A stretch of DNA of 64,000 nucleotides, taken from Blastocatellia bacterium (lineage in GTDB: Bacteria; Acidobacteriota; Blastocatellia; UBA7656). A program made the position numbers and the translations under genes. Shown piece after piece: positions 37,681 to 47,335 of the stretch. Where the stretch lies: positions 320,001 to 384,000 of the forward strand of contig CAVXWP010000008.1 in NCBI GenBank assembly GCA_963765495.1. Reading direction: 5' to 3'. The first letter of the stretch is position 1. Each line of letters opens with the position of its first letter. Below the pieces are notes generated by a model. The model was not told the DNA's origin. It searched no databases and saw nothing but the letters and a program-made list of their open reading frames with translations.

Positions 37681-39336
37681 CTATTTTATGTTACAGGGCT
37701 TGCTGATGGCCCCAATTCCGCCTCGAATCAAGGCATTGTATGGAGCAAGAAGCACACCGCTGGCTGAACTCTGAGCACTATCACCCTTAACCTTACCTAA
37801 AACTACCGACCCCGGTGACGTAACTGTCGAGTTCTCTTCATCCCAACCCAATGAATTAATCGTTATCACATTGAGACGAACTGGATTAAATTCTATCCTG
37901 TTCACGCGTGGGCCCAGGTCACCAATCATTACTAAATCAGCCTGCTCGTTACCACCAGCTATGCTGATCATAAAGAGTTTGCCTGTGTAGGTCGCAATAT
38001 ATCCCGTAGATACTCCATCAGTGACGAAATTCGAGAGTCCGTACTCTTCTTCAAGCCCCCCGGAATAAACATTTGATGATATCAGTTTCCCTTTTCTGTT
38101 CAGCCTGGCCATCACAAGTGAGGGAGGCTCGGTGGCTCTAGTGATGTTTAATGGCCGAACAATTCGTCGCAGTGCTCCCGGACGATCATTGAGTGGACGA
38201 ACGATCTCAGTGCGGTACCCTCGTTTGACCGCTGTGACCATTCGCCGGGCTGAATCATACCCAATAATTCGAGGGCTGGAGTTTTCAGGGTCCGTCACTG
38301 CCAGGTCCGGGAAGGTCTGGATTACCTTTACCGTCCCAGACAAAGATTCCCCTCTAAGATCGACCTGACATATCGAACCATCATTTGCAAGAAGGTATGC
38401 AAAATCCGCCACCCCAGTCTCAGAGTCCGAACTGACAGCCAGATTGCTGCCCGGCGCCATCGAGAGCCCCTTAGGAAAACCATCTGAATTTACTTCTTTG
38501 AGTGAAGTAATAGTGGCATTGGCTTCGAATCTATAAAACTTGATCTCTGAGGAATATTGAAATACCCCGTTCCCTAAATCCTCTTTGCTCGTTATTGAAA
38601 CAGAGAGCGTATCACTTGGTACATCAACATCAAAGAATGAAATCCTTGTTCCTAATTCATATTTTGTTTGGTCCACGAACGGATATTCGTGCAGAAACCC
38701 GGTTACCACGTTAAAGGAAAAGAGTGATGCCGAGTTAGAAAAGAGGAGATAATCACCCTTCCTGGCCATTACAAACTCATTCGGCGCATCAGAACTAGAC
38801 GGCGTTCCTCTGCCTGGAATGCGAATTATTGAAACAACAGACCCAAATATCGGTTTCCCATTATCATCGAGATTCAATTGCATCTGGGCGATAACATCAT
38901 TCGCACGCAATGAGCCATCCCATTCCTCCGAATATTGTATCCCCCTAACGTAGAGATTCCCAATTGCGGGATCATAGATAACTTTTGACGGAAAATAACA
39001 ATTGCCAAGGTCAGCCCTGAGAACCTCACTATCTGGCTTCTTTGTATCAATCAATTGCACATAATGATTGTCATATTCGCTTAAAGGGGCATCTTCGGAA
39101 GGCGACTTGGAAGGAGCGAAGGGCGTGACGATAACATATCTGTCAAAGACGACCAGTGCATTATTTGCTTCACCATCCGCCCCTGGCATTTCAATTCTCT
39201 CAACCTTTACAGAGGTCTCAGCAAAAAGCGTATATGAAGCCACTCCACAAAATGCAATGATCAAAACGACCACTGAGACTATGCGGAAGGAACTGTTTGA
39301 AGTAAAGTTCTTGACTCGTGTCATTTTATCCCTCAA
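37681..39336 (-). CDS. Hypothetical exported, beta-rich (propeller-like) protein
   Basis: 551-aa ORF with N-terminal TM/signal; has its own promoter and terminator. Confidence 0.7.
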   Translation of the reverse strand: MRDKMTRVKNFTSNSSFRIVSVVVLIIAFCGVASYTLFAETSVKVERIEMPGADGEANNALVVFDRYVIVTPFAPSKSPSEDAPLSEYDNHYVQLIDTKKPDSEVLRADLGNCYFPSKVIYDPAIGNLYVRGIQYSEEWDGSLRANDVIAQMQLNLDDNGKPIFGSVVSIIRIPGRGTPSSSDAPNEFVMARKGDYLLFSNSASLFSFNVVTGFLHEYPFVDQTKYELGTRISFFDVDVPSDTLSVSITSKEDLGNGVFQYSSEIKFYRFEANATITSLKEVNSDGFPKGLSMAPGSNLAVSSDSETGVADFAYLLANDGSICQVDLRGESLSGTVKVIQTFPDLAVTDPENSSPRIIGYDSARRMVTAVKRGYRTEIVRPLNDRPGALRRIVRPLNITRATEPPSLVMARLNRKGKLISSNVYSGGLEEEYGLSNFVTDGVSTGYIATYTGKLFMISIAGGNEQADLVMIGDLGPRVNRIEFNPVRLNVITINSLGWDEENSTVTSPGSVVLGKVKGDSAQSSASGVLLAPYNALIRGGIGAISKPCNIK

Positions 39337-39454
39337 TTTACTCTATCTCGGGGTTATCCCCTAAAGGTCTCTCGCTTAATCAATTCAACCTTCTCTCCAT
39401 TGTTTCAACCGAATATAACTCTCATCAGGGCTATTTTGAAAGATTTAGAACGCC

Positions 39455-39484
39455 ATCTTATGGCCTAATACCACTCGATGTCAA
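39455..39484 (-). promoter_or_regulatory. Putative sigma-70 promoter
   Basis: TTGACA-18 nt-TAAGAT on the minus strand. Confidence 0.55.
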
Positions 39485-39523
39485 GCCTTATCGTGATCCG
39501 GCAAACCACAGAATACAAGAAAT

Positions 39524-42500
39524 TTACGTTCTATTTTCTCTCTCAATCCCGAGTGTGTTCAACTTTAACCTGAGACCCCGCCGAGAGAGCCCCAGATCTT
39601 GCGCCGTTCTAGACAGGTTGTTCTTATTTCGATCCAATGACTCTTCTATTAAACGGCGTTCTAATGCTGCGGTTGCGTCCTTCAATTTCACACGCGACCC
39701 CGGTTGTTGATGATTCCTTCTCTTGCTCCCATTGAAGCTTGTATGTCCCCCCTCATCACCATTCGTACCATAACTCCTATCATACGTATAAGACATTCGC
39801 CCCCCATTACTGTGCTTGTGAGGGTAGGCCACCTCAGGGGATAAATCAGGCGCACCGATCCGCGCCCCTTCCGATGCGTATGCAACAACGCGCTCAATTT
39901 CATTTCTCAATTGTCTGACATTACCGGGCCAATCATATTGCATAAGCAAGTCAATTGACTCCTGAGTCAATACGATTCCCTGCTTGCCTGAACGAGACGA
40001 AAAGTGCTCAAGAAAGTGGCTTGCCAGTACAGGTAATTCTTCTATTCGTTCCCTTAATGGCGGAACATGTATACGAATGATATTTAATCTGTGGAAAAGA
40101 TCTTCCCTGAAACGACCATCCTCAACGGCGCGCTCAAGGTTTGTATTTGTTGCAGCCAACACTCTCACATCTACTTTGAGCGGTCTCGTCTCTCCAAGTG
40201 GCTGTATTTCCGATTCTTGCAGAAACCTCATCAGTTTTGGCTGCACTTCAAGCGATAGATCGCCTATCTCATCCAGGAAAAGAGTGCCGCCTGCCGCTGC
40301 CTTAATTATTCCGGGATAATTTGATGTTGCACCCGTAAAGGCTCCTCGCCTGTGTCCAAACAACTGGCTGTCTATAATCTCCTTTGGTGTCGCCGTACAA
40401 TTGAACGGGAGAAAAATAGCCCTCGCCCTTGCTGATTCGGCGTGAATGGCCCTTGCAACTAGCTCTTTGCCAGTCCCGGATTCACCGGTTATAAGCACGG
40501 TAACATTACTTGTTCGAATCTTTTGTATCTTATCTATAACGGCAGACATAGAGACGCTCGATACTAAAAAGCCGGGGAGTATTGTCTGGATTCGATGCCC
40601 CTCGGGTGGATGAGAGGGGCTGCTTACCACTTCACGCAAAGAACAGGTTTCAAGCCCTAGTTCCACCTGTTTTAAAAGTGGTCGAAACCGACTAAAGTCC
40701 AGCCGGTCAAAAGGATGGACAAATAAAACTATATCGGCTCCCTGGTCTTCCCCTATCTTGACAGCATATCCCTGATCGATCTGTCTTCCTGTCTCTATAT
40801 GGTCCAGGTCAAGCCTTTCACTATATGCCTCTGCCTCTTGATGTTCCATCCCTTGCACAGCCAATAGATCTGAACGCGAATCATCATAAACTTTAAAAGC
40901 AAGTACAAACCGAACAGGGAAATTCTCATGGACGACAGCCGCCATCTCCTGGACTAACAACTCTCTTGATGCGGATGCCTCAATAAGCCGCTGCATCAAA
41001 AGAATATCATTGGCCGGAGAGAGGACGACCTCCCTTGAATTCCCCTTCTCATCGAATTCAAATACATCAAGACTCTTTGTCACGCATTCGGAATAATATA
41101 CGCTTCCTGTCCTGTCAAATATCCGCTTCGCGCTCTCAAAATATTCTCTGGACTCTTTCTCTTCGCCTGTCTTCCCAAGAAGAAGTCCCATTTCATAGCG
41201 ACTTTTTGCTTCTTCAAACGGGATTTCGAGTGTTGTAAATATCGATATACTCTGTGCGATTAGTTGCTTCCCTTCCGCAAATCGATTGTTGACCGAATGT
41301 ATCTTCCCGGCCAGCCTTTGAACCAACCCCGTAATGTAGAGTGATTTCTCCTCTTTCAGCCTTCCCTGCGCAAGCTCCAGATACTCCTGCGCTTGTTCGA
41401 AGCCGTGTTGATGGAAATGGCATTCGGCAAGGTAGGCGTGTGATAACGTCACACCATATAGATCGCCAACCGAGGTCGAGAGCCGTAATGCTTCACGCAG
41501 ATACTTCAACCCTTTATCAATCTGTCCGGTCAGGCTGTAAACAATCGCAAGAGTCCTCAGCGCATCGCTCTCAAGCCACTTATCGCTGTAATCGTCTAAT
41601 AGAGTGAGACATTTGCCTAACTCTGTTTCCGCTTTTGCAAAATCTCCCTTATCGCAAAATATTTGTCCAAGTGTGATTCTCGCCGTGACTTCTACTCGGG
41701 GATCTTGCAACTCCTCGCTTATCTCAAGCGAACGGGTCAGATATCCCATCGCCTCATCAAAATAACCGGAACACCGAACATTATCGGCAAGATTGTTATA
41801 GGCAAAAGCGAGATAGTCTCGCCTCCCCCCTTTGCTTAGATACTCAACGCCTCTGCTGAGGTAAACTTTAGATTCTTTTCGCTCAAGCGGATATTGATAT
41901 GCCCCCGTTCCAAGGTTTGACAAGATCATTCCAATCAGGTTGACGTTTGATGTCTTTTCGGCATAATTGAGCGCTTTCAGATAGTTTTCCTTTGCGCTTG
42001 AAAATGCACCTTCATTAAAGTCAACCACTCCCAGCCTTACGTATATCCTCGCTAATAGCTCATGGTTGATTGTCATCTTCTGTACAGCTACCGCAGCACG
42101 CAGATGATCCCTGGCGATCTTATATTCATTTATCTCAATGTATGTACGCCCTAGCGCATATTGCGATTCACTGACACCAACCTCATCCTGTAACTGATGA
42201 AAAAGTACCTTCGAGTCGTTAAAAGAGGCTATGGCTTCGGGGTGATTTCTAAGCTCGCTTTGTACCCAGCCCAGCCGCAGACGCAGACGCGCTCGCATCA
42301 CGGTCGAGAGGGAGGATATCATCTCAGGATTTTCATATTTTTTTAAAATTCGGTAGGCTTCTTCAAACTTACTTAGCTCTTCAAGCGAGCGGCTCAACAG
42401 AGACCTCGTTATGGCCTCCTGCTCTATTGTCCCTGCATCCTCGGTAAGTACGGCATAAAAATGCTCGACCGCTTCTTCATAGTTCGCCCCGGAAAAGGCC

Positions 42501-43033
42501 CTCTTCCCTATCTCAAAGTGCTCCGTTGTCGGCTCCGAAGGATCTCTTCTATTTGTAGCAGGGGTATGCTCTTGCGCGTTTCTGAACCCATTCGAGCCGG
42601 TTCGTTTGAGTATCTGTCGTACAGTTACGTGGCTAATGCTCTCGACAACACCCCTTTCGACCGCAGCAGTGGCAAGCTTTTGCGGCGTCCATTTATCAAA
42701 AGGATAACCGATACTGACCGGAGAGGTTTTGTATAATTCCAGTATCCGCTCCACTTCATCCTGGCTGAATTTTGGGCGCGGCCCACCTTGCGGCCCTCGC
42801 TTTTTCACCGCGATTCCAGCCAGCCCATCTTCGTTATATTTGCGGATCCACTTCTTGATGTTTGAAGAATGAAACCCAAGTATCTGACTTATCTCGGTCG
42901 CCGTCTTCCCATCAGATGAATGAAGTATTACATCTGCGCGCCAGGCCTCCTCCTTGTTTGAAGATCTAGAGCAACGTTGGAGCGACTCCTTCTCTGTGGT
43001 TGTCAACGGCCGGACGTATAAGGGTTGGAACAT
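39524..43033 (-). CDS. Sigma-54 enhancer-binding protein: IS630-like HTH, TPR array, AAA+ and Fis HTH
   Basis: GESGTGKE, GAFTGA, FLDEIG, WPGNVRQL; TPR-like helices over about aa 170-650; N-terminal ~145 aa transposase-like HTH. Confidence 0.9.
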   Translation of the reverse strand: MFQPLYVRPLTTTEKESLQRCSRSSNKEEAWRADVILHSSDGKTATEISQILGFHSSNIKKWIRKYNEDGLAGIAVKKRGPQGGPRPKFSQDEVERILELYKTSPVSIGYPFDKWTPQKLATAAVERGVVESISHVTVRQILKRTGSNGFRNAQEHTPATNRRDPSEPTTEHFEIGKRAFSGANYEEAVEHFYAVLTEDAGTIEQEAITRSLLSRSLEELSKFEEAYRILKKYENPEMISSLSTVMRARLRLRLGWVQSELRNHPEAIASFNDSKVLFHQLQDEVGVSESQYALGRTYIEINEYKIARDHLRAAVAVQKMTINHELLARIYVRLGVVDFNEGAFSSAKENYLKALNYAEKTSNVNLIGMILSNLGTGAYQYPLERKESKVYLSRGVEYLSKGGRRDYLAFAYNNLADNVRCSGYFDEAMGYLTRSLEISEELQDPRVEVTARITLGQIFCDKGDFAKAETELGKCLTLLDDYSDKWLESDALRTLAIVYSLTGQIDKGLKYLREALRLSTSVGDLYGVTLSHAYLAECHFHQHGFEQAQEYLELAQGRLKEEKSLYITGLVQRLAGKIHSVNNRFAEGKQLIAQSISIFTTLEIPFEEAKSRYEMGLLLGKTGEEKESREYFESAKRIFDRTGSVYYSECVTKSLDVFEFDEKGNSREVVLSPANDILLMQRLIEASASRELLVQEMAAVVHENFPVRFVLAFKVYDDSRSDLLAVQGMEHQEAEAYSERLDLDHIETGRQIDQGYAVKIGEDQGADIVLFVHPFDRLDFSRFRPLLKQVELGLETCSLREVVSSPSHPPEGHRIQTILPGFLVSSVSMSAVIDKIQKIRTSNVTVLITGESGTGKELVARAIHAESARARAIFLPFNCTATPKEIIDSQLFGHRRGAFTGATSNYPGIIKAAAGGTLFLDEIGDLSLEVQPKLMRFLQESEIQPLGETRPLKVDVRVLAATNTNLERAVEDGRFREDLFHRLNIIRIHVPPLRERIEELPVLASHFLEHFSSRSGKQGIVLTQESIDLLMQYDWPGNVRQLRNEIERVVAYASEGARIGAPDLSPEVAYPHKHSNGGRMSYTYDRSYGTNGDEGGHTSFNGSKRRNHQQPGSRVKLKDATAALERRLIEESLDRNKNNLSRTAQDLGLSRRGLRLKLNTLGIERENRT

Positions 43034-43379
43034 AAATTACGCCTCTATCTCGATTCCCCCGCTACAAGCTATCTACAAGCTATGTTACATCCTATCGAAT
43101 ACTCCTTAATTTTGGATTCATTAGGTGCTTCCGGCTTCCTCGTGCTTACCAACATCGGTCTACCCCGGCAATATTTCCACCCGATTACCCATTCTATTCC
43201 ATAGAGGGACCGAAAATAACAAAATTCCTCCCACCAGTCAATAACTTTCTTCCCATATATTTCAACTCATCTGTATACAGAAGTGCCGCAGTTGAAATTA
43301 TACGTTGCTTGTTAACCCGTTAACTTGGTAAAATGTCGCACTCAGACGAACCAGTCCTAAAGTGAGGGGGAAAATAAAT

Positions 43380-46256
43380 ATGAATTCAATCAAGGTAACT
43401 AGCCCGATGAGAAATCCTCTCACGGGCCTTCTAGTTATCTCGCTCATCATCGGGATGGCTATGATAACCGGGGTGTTCAGGGTAAATGCACAACCCCAGA
43501 ATCTTGTCACCGCAAATGTCCAAACAGTTGCCAGCGTCACCGTTATCGGCGCAAGCACAAATGACCACCTTACCAGCAATAGTTCTGCGGCCCTGGGGCT
43601 TTCATCTGTGGACCGCGCACGTGCAATTACTACGGGCGACTTTAATGCAGATGGTTTCCAGGACATCGCAATAGGCGCACCAGATACTACATTTGTTGCA
43701 AATGCCCAGACCCGCACCAATGCCGGGTCGGTTTACATAGTATTTGGCAGGGAAAATTTCCCTCTGCCTACCACAATCGACACAAACGCGGCTGCGATCA
43801 CAAATCGTGCTGACATTATTATCAGGGGAACCGCTTCTGCCGTTGGAAAACCGGTCAATTTGGGTTTTGCGGTCGCCTCCGGTGACGTAAACGGGGACGG
43901 CGTCGAAGACCTCTTGATGGGTGCTCCCGGAGCCGACCTGATCGTCGGTGATGATGATACGCGTCAGGATTCGGGTGCCGTCTATGTTCTTTTCGGGACA
44001 AATACATTGGTAACCGGCCAGATCATTGATCTTGACATTGCAAATACCGCGGATGCCCTTATACGTGGCGTCTCGGCCGGTGATAAATTTGGTACATCCA
44101 TTGCCGTTGGCAACGTGGGTGGACCCTCGGGCGTTCCCCAGGCTCAAGCCGATGTCGAGGATATCCTTATCGGCGCTCCCGGGACGCAAGGCCCCGCCCC
44201 TGCCGCTACTCCTCGTGCAGATGGAGGTGCCGCATATCTCGTTTATGGAGGAGCAGTTCTGAACCGCGTTGGCGCAGCCACAACGGTTCTTGACCTCGGC
44301 GATCCGGGCCCGCTTAACTTTGACATTATTTTCGGAAACACAGGCGACCATCTCGGTAACTCGGTCGCGATTGGTGATCTAAATGCAGGAGGGGCCGGAG
44401 ATTTGATAGTCGGCGCACCTCTTGCCAACCGCCCTGCCGGTATTGCTAACACTCCGCCGGGGCTTGCCGATACGGGCGCTGTCTACGGAGTATTCGGTGG
44501 AACAAATCTGAATCCTGATACCGGCACAGTGAAGGCCTTTGATGTCGCATCCGCTGTCGCAACTAGCCGTCAAAATATATCTATATACGGCGAGGGTGCT
44601 AATGATCTCTTTGGCGCATCCGTTGCCCTGGGGGATGTTACAGGCGATGGAACAGTAGACCTGGCCGCAGGCGCACCCGGCGCGGGTGGACCATCAAACG
44701 GTCGTGCCAACGGCGGAGAGGCATATCTATTTGTCGGCGGCGCGAACTTTAATCCACCTTTCGGTGGATCAGAAACAAGAAAGGATATTGCGCTTGATGG
44801 AGAAAACCTGACCGTTTTTGGAGCCGCTGCCGGTGACCGCCTCGGAGCCACAGTGGCCATCGGACAGATAAACTCCGCCGGAAACACCGATACAATCCCC
44901 GATCTATTGCTTGGAGCGCCTGGCGCATCGAGTGGTAACGGCAGTGTCTCTGTCCTCTATGGCGGATCTGCAAATATCCTTCTCGTGGCCACGCGAGACC
45001 TTAGCATCGATCAAGACGATCTGCGCTTTCTTGGCGAGACAGGCAGTCAACTCGGCTGGGCTATAGCAGCGGACGATGTCGACGGGAACACCGGCGGAGA
45101 TTTGATCGTTGGCGCACCGCTCGCCGACGCCGTCATCTCCCAGGCAGTTACCCGCACAGATGCCGGGAAAGCCTACGTACTTCTCGCCGACCCGACCGAT
45201 GTTCCTCCAGTCAACCAGAACCCGATCGTAGAGGTAACGTCCCCTAACGGCGGCGAGACCGTAAACGGCGGAAGCACTTTCCCGATCACCTGGACTGCTT
45301 CCGATCCCGATGGGAATGCGACGCTTCAACGTTTTGAAATAAAACTTTCAACTGATGGAGGCGCTACCTTTAATGTCACGATCGCAACCAATGTATCCCC
45401 GGCTGGCGGCAGCCCCTTTACCTTTAATTGGGATGTGCCCACGGGGCTCAATACCAATTCCGCTCGAATTCAGGTTACCGCCTTTGATAACGCAGGCGGT
45501 TCGACTTCTGATTCGAGCGACGAGAATTTTACGATTACCGACGCGGGCGTAGTCGTAACCCTCATCTTTCCGAATGGTGGAGAGACATTCAATTTCGGAC
45601 AACAGATAGAGATTTCCTGGACCGTCCCCGATTCCTTCGAGGACCAGATCGCCGGGTTCGATCTCTTCTTCACACCTGATGACGGAGCCACTTTTACTGC
45701 CATAACGCCGCTCAACCCGCTGGAACCGGCTCTGGCCCCCGGCGTTCGGACTTTCCCCTGGACGGTTCCCTCTATATGCACGACTCGCGCAAGAGTGCTT
45801 GTCGTCGCAACGAGTGTAACCAACGCCCTGTCATCCGATTCAAGCAACTCGACATTCACGATCTCCGAACCAGGACCGACTATTGATGCGAGTCGCCTTG
45901 ACCTGAACGGTGGACGGACTAAGCTTATTCTGAAAACTGCGCAACCGGCGCAGGGCTCGGAAGTCAAATTCGTGCAGAATACTACGGTAGAAATATCGGC
46001 AACCGAAGCAGGTACTACCTTCTTTGCATTCTCGAATGTCAAAGTAAAGGGATCGGGCGTAAAACTCAAAGCCAAGGGGCTGATCAATGGTCAAACCCTC
46101 GGCGCTTTCTTCCCTGACGGAGCTACACGGTTCCTCCGCGTAACGAATCCCGTGTGCGGAGTTACCTTGCTCAAGGTCATGCGAGTGGGCGGCCAGCTTG
46201 TTGTAGTGCCTTCCACCGCTGTTCAACTCCAGAAGAATCATCAGGTGTGGCAGTAA
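43380..46256 (+). CDS. Secreted FG-GAP (integrin-alpha-like propeller) repeat protein with Ig-like domains
   Basis: Signal peptide; about seven GDxNxDG..D...GAP repeats; two PNGGE domains. ATG 43380 likely (ORF from 43362). Confidence 0.88.
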   Translation: MNSIKVTSPMRNPLTGLLVISLIIGMAMITGVFRVNAQPQNLVTANVQTVASVTVIGASTNDHLTSNSSAALGLSSVDRARAITTGDFNADGFQDIAIGAPDTTFVANAQTRTNAGSVYIVFGRENFPLPTTIDTNAAAITNRADIIIRGTASAVGKPVNLGFAVASGDVNGDGVEDLLMGAPGADLIVGDDDTRQDSGAVYVLFGTNTLVTGQIIDLDIANTADALIRGVSAGDKFGTSIAVGNVGGPSGVPQAQADVEDILIGAPGTQGPAPAATPRADGGAAYLVYGGAVLNRVGAATTVLDLGDPGPLNFDIIFGNTGDHLGNSVAIGDLNAGGAGDLIVGAPLANRPAGIANTPPGLADTGAVYGVFGGTNLNPDTGTVKAFDVASAVATSRQNISIYGEGANDLFGASVALGDVTGDGTVDLAAGAPGAGGPSNGRANGGEAYLFVGGANFNPPFGGSETRKDIALDGENLTVFGAAAGDRLGATVAIGQINSAGNTDTIPDLLLGAPGASSGNGSVSVLYGGSANILLVATRDLSIDQDDLRFLGETGSQLGWAIAADDVDGNTGGDLIVGAPLADAVISQAVTRTDAGKAYVLLADPTDVPPVNQNPIVEVTSPNGGETVNGGSTFPITWTASDPDGNATLQRFEIKLSTDGGATFNVTIATNVSPAGGSPFTFNWDVPTGLNTNSARIQVTAFDNAGGSTSDSSDENFTITDAGVVVTLIFPNGGETFNFGQQIEISWTVPDSFEDQIAGFDLFFTPDDGATFTAITPLNPLEPALAPGVRTFPWTVPSICTTRARVLVVATSVTNALSSDSSNSTFTISEPGPTIDASRLDLNGGRTKLILKTAQPAQGSEVKFVQNTTVEISATEAGTTFFAFSNVKVKGSGVKLKAKGLINGQTLGAFFPDGATRFLRVTNPVCGVTLLKVMRVGGQLVVVPSTAVQLQKNHQVWQ

Positions 46257-46286
46257 AAGCTCGACTGTGATCCTCTTCTATAGAGA

Positions 46287-46321
46287 GAAAAGGGCTGGTC
46301 ATTGATTGACCAGCCCTTTTC
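46287..46321. terminator. Bidirectional terminator
   Basis: GAAAAGGGCTGGTCA-TTGAT-TGACCAGCCCTTTTC, perfect 15-bp stem between convergent genes. Confidence 0.8.
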
Positions 46322-46357
46322 ATTAGGTTGCCTTTGATACCTTTAACTGCCTCCTGC

Positions 46358-47335
46358 TCAACGCCTCTCATAGTACTGCATCACAAGACCATTGCGACCA
46401 ATCGCATAACCGCGATTCTTATAAAATGAGACCGAAAATAAATCTTCGTCCGTTCCGCTCGCCTGCTCAACCCAGTGCCGCCCCCCATCGTATGTCCTGA
46501 TGATCCGCCCACGATAGCCGACCACCCATCCCGTATTCTTATTGATAAAACTGATTCCAAACAGCGGCTCCTTTACTGACAATGAAACCCTTGACCAGGT
46601 CGCCCCTCCATTCTCGCTCAAAAGCAACGCCCCGTTATCACCCGTTATCAGTCCCACTTTGTCGCTGACAAAATATACGCGGTTTAAATCATCGCTTGTC
46701 CCCGATTGCTGGGGATACCAGCTTCGCCCGCCGTCGCGTGTGTGCAGGATGACTCCGCCCGTTCCGACAACCCAGCCACGCTCGTCTCTTATGCTCAGGT
46801 GAAAAAGCTGCTCGGTTGTCCCGCTTCGCTGCTCCCGCCAGGAAAACCCTCCGTTGTCTGACGTCAATATCAGCCCTCGGTCCCCCACGATTACCCCATC
46901 CTTTTCGGATGTGAATTGCACCGAATAGAGGTCTGGCCTCTTTGCACGGTCTTCCGGGTCCCCGCTTCCCTGGCTGTATGATGTATACAGACTCTTGAGA
47001 AAACTGCGGCCCCCATCCGTGCTGATCAAGATTGTTCCGTTATCCCCCACAATCCATACTCGATTATTCAGCCCGAAAACATCGTTTAAGCCCTCATTGA
47101 CCCCTACATCGACATCCTGAAAGGTGCGCCCATCGTCATATGACCTGATGATGAGCCCCTCAGCTCCCGCTACCCAGATTTGATCTCCATTATAGAAAAC
47201 CGCGTTGACGGTAGCAGGGTTTCCTTTTCGTTTTATTATTTGAGCCTGTGTCCAACCCTGCTGCGCAAGGGCCGTAGCGGTAAAAAAGGCTGTTACAATG
47301 ACTATCGTTATCACGTGATTTCGTCTAATGGTCAT
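46358..47335 (-). CDS. YCF48/BNR-repeat beta-propeller protein
   Basis: Repeated GWVVG..G.I..T.DGG..W; signal peptide. Confidence 0.88.
   Translation of the reverse strand: MTIRRNHVITIVIVTAFFTATALAQQGWTQAQIIKRKGNPATVNAVFYNGDQIWVAGAEGLIIRSYDDGRTFQDVDVGVNEGLNDVFGLNNRVWIVGDNGTILISTDGGRSFLKSLYTSYSQGSGDPEDRAKRPDLYSVQFTSEKDGVIVGDRGLILTSDNGGFSWREQRSGTTEQLFHLSIRDERGWVVGTGGVILHTRDGGRSWYPQQSGTSDDLNRVYFVSDKVGLITGDNGALLLSENGGATWSRVSLSVKEPLFGISFINKNTGWVVGYRGRIIRTYDGGRHWVEQASGTDEDLFSVSFYKNRGYAIGRNGLVMQYYERR

Noticed and set aside
26000-43000. Low-GC region as a horizontally acquired island
   Set aside because: No integrase, tRNA or flanking repeats; the gradient is gradual and symmetric about dif; the genes are ordinary resident types.
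42600-43033. IS630 insertion sequence
   Set aside because: No DDE domain or terminal inverted repeats seen; the HTH is fused in frame to a regulator.
43034-43379. Sigma-54 promoter for the FG-GAP gene next to the activator
   Set aside because: No correctly spaced TGGCA-N6-TTGC found by eye.
43602-44351. Long antisense ORFs (this one, 19385-20059, 45470-46087, 866-1276 and similar)
   Set aside because: They shadow well-supported genes on the other strand or frame and show no recognisable motifs.
46358-47335. Photosystem II assembly factor
   Set aside because: YCF48-like propellers are widespread and there are no photosynthesis genes here.
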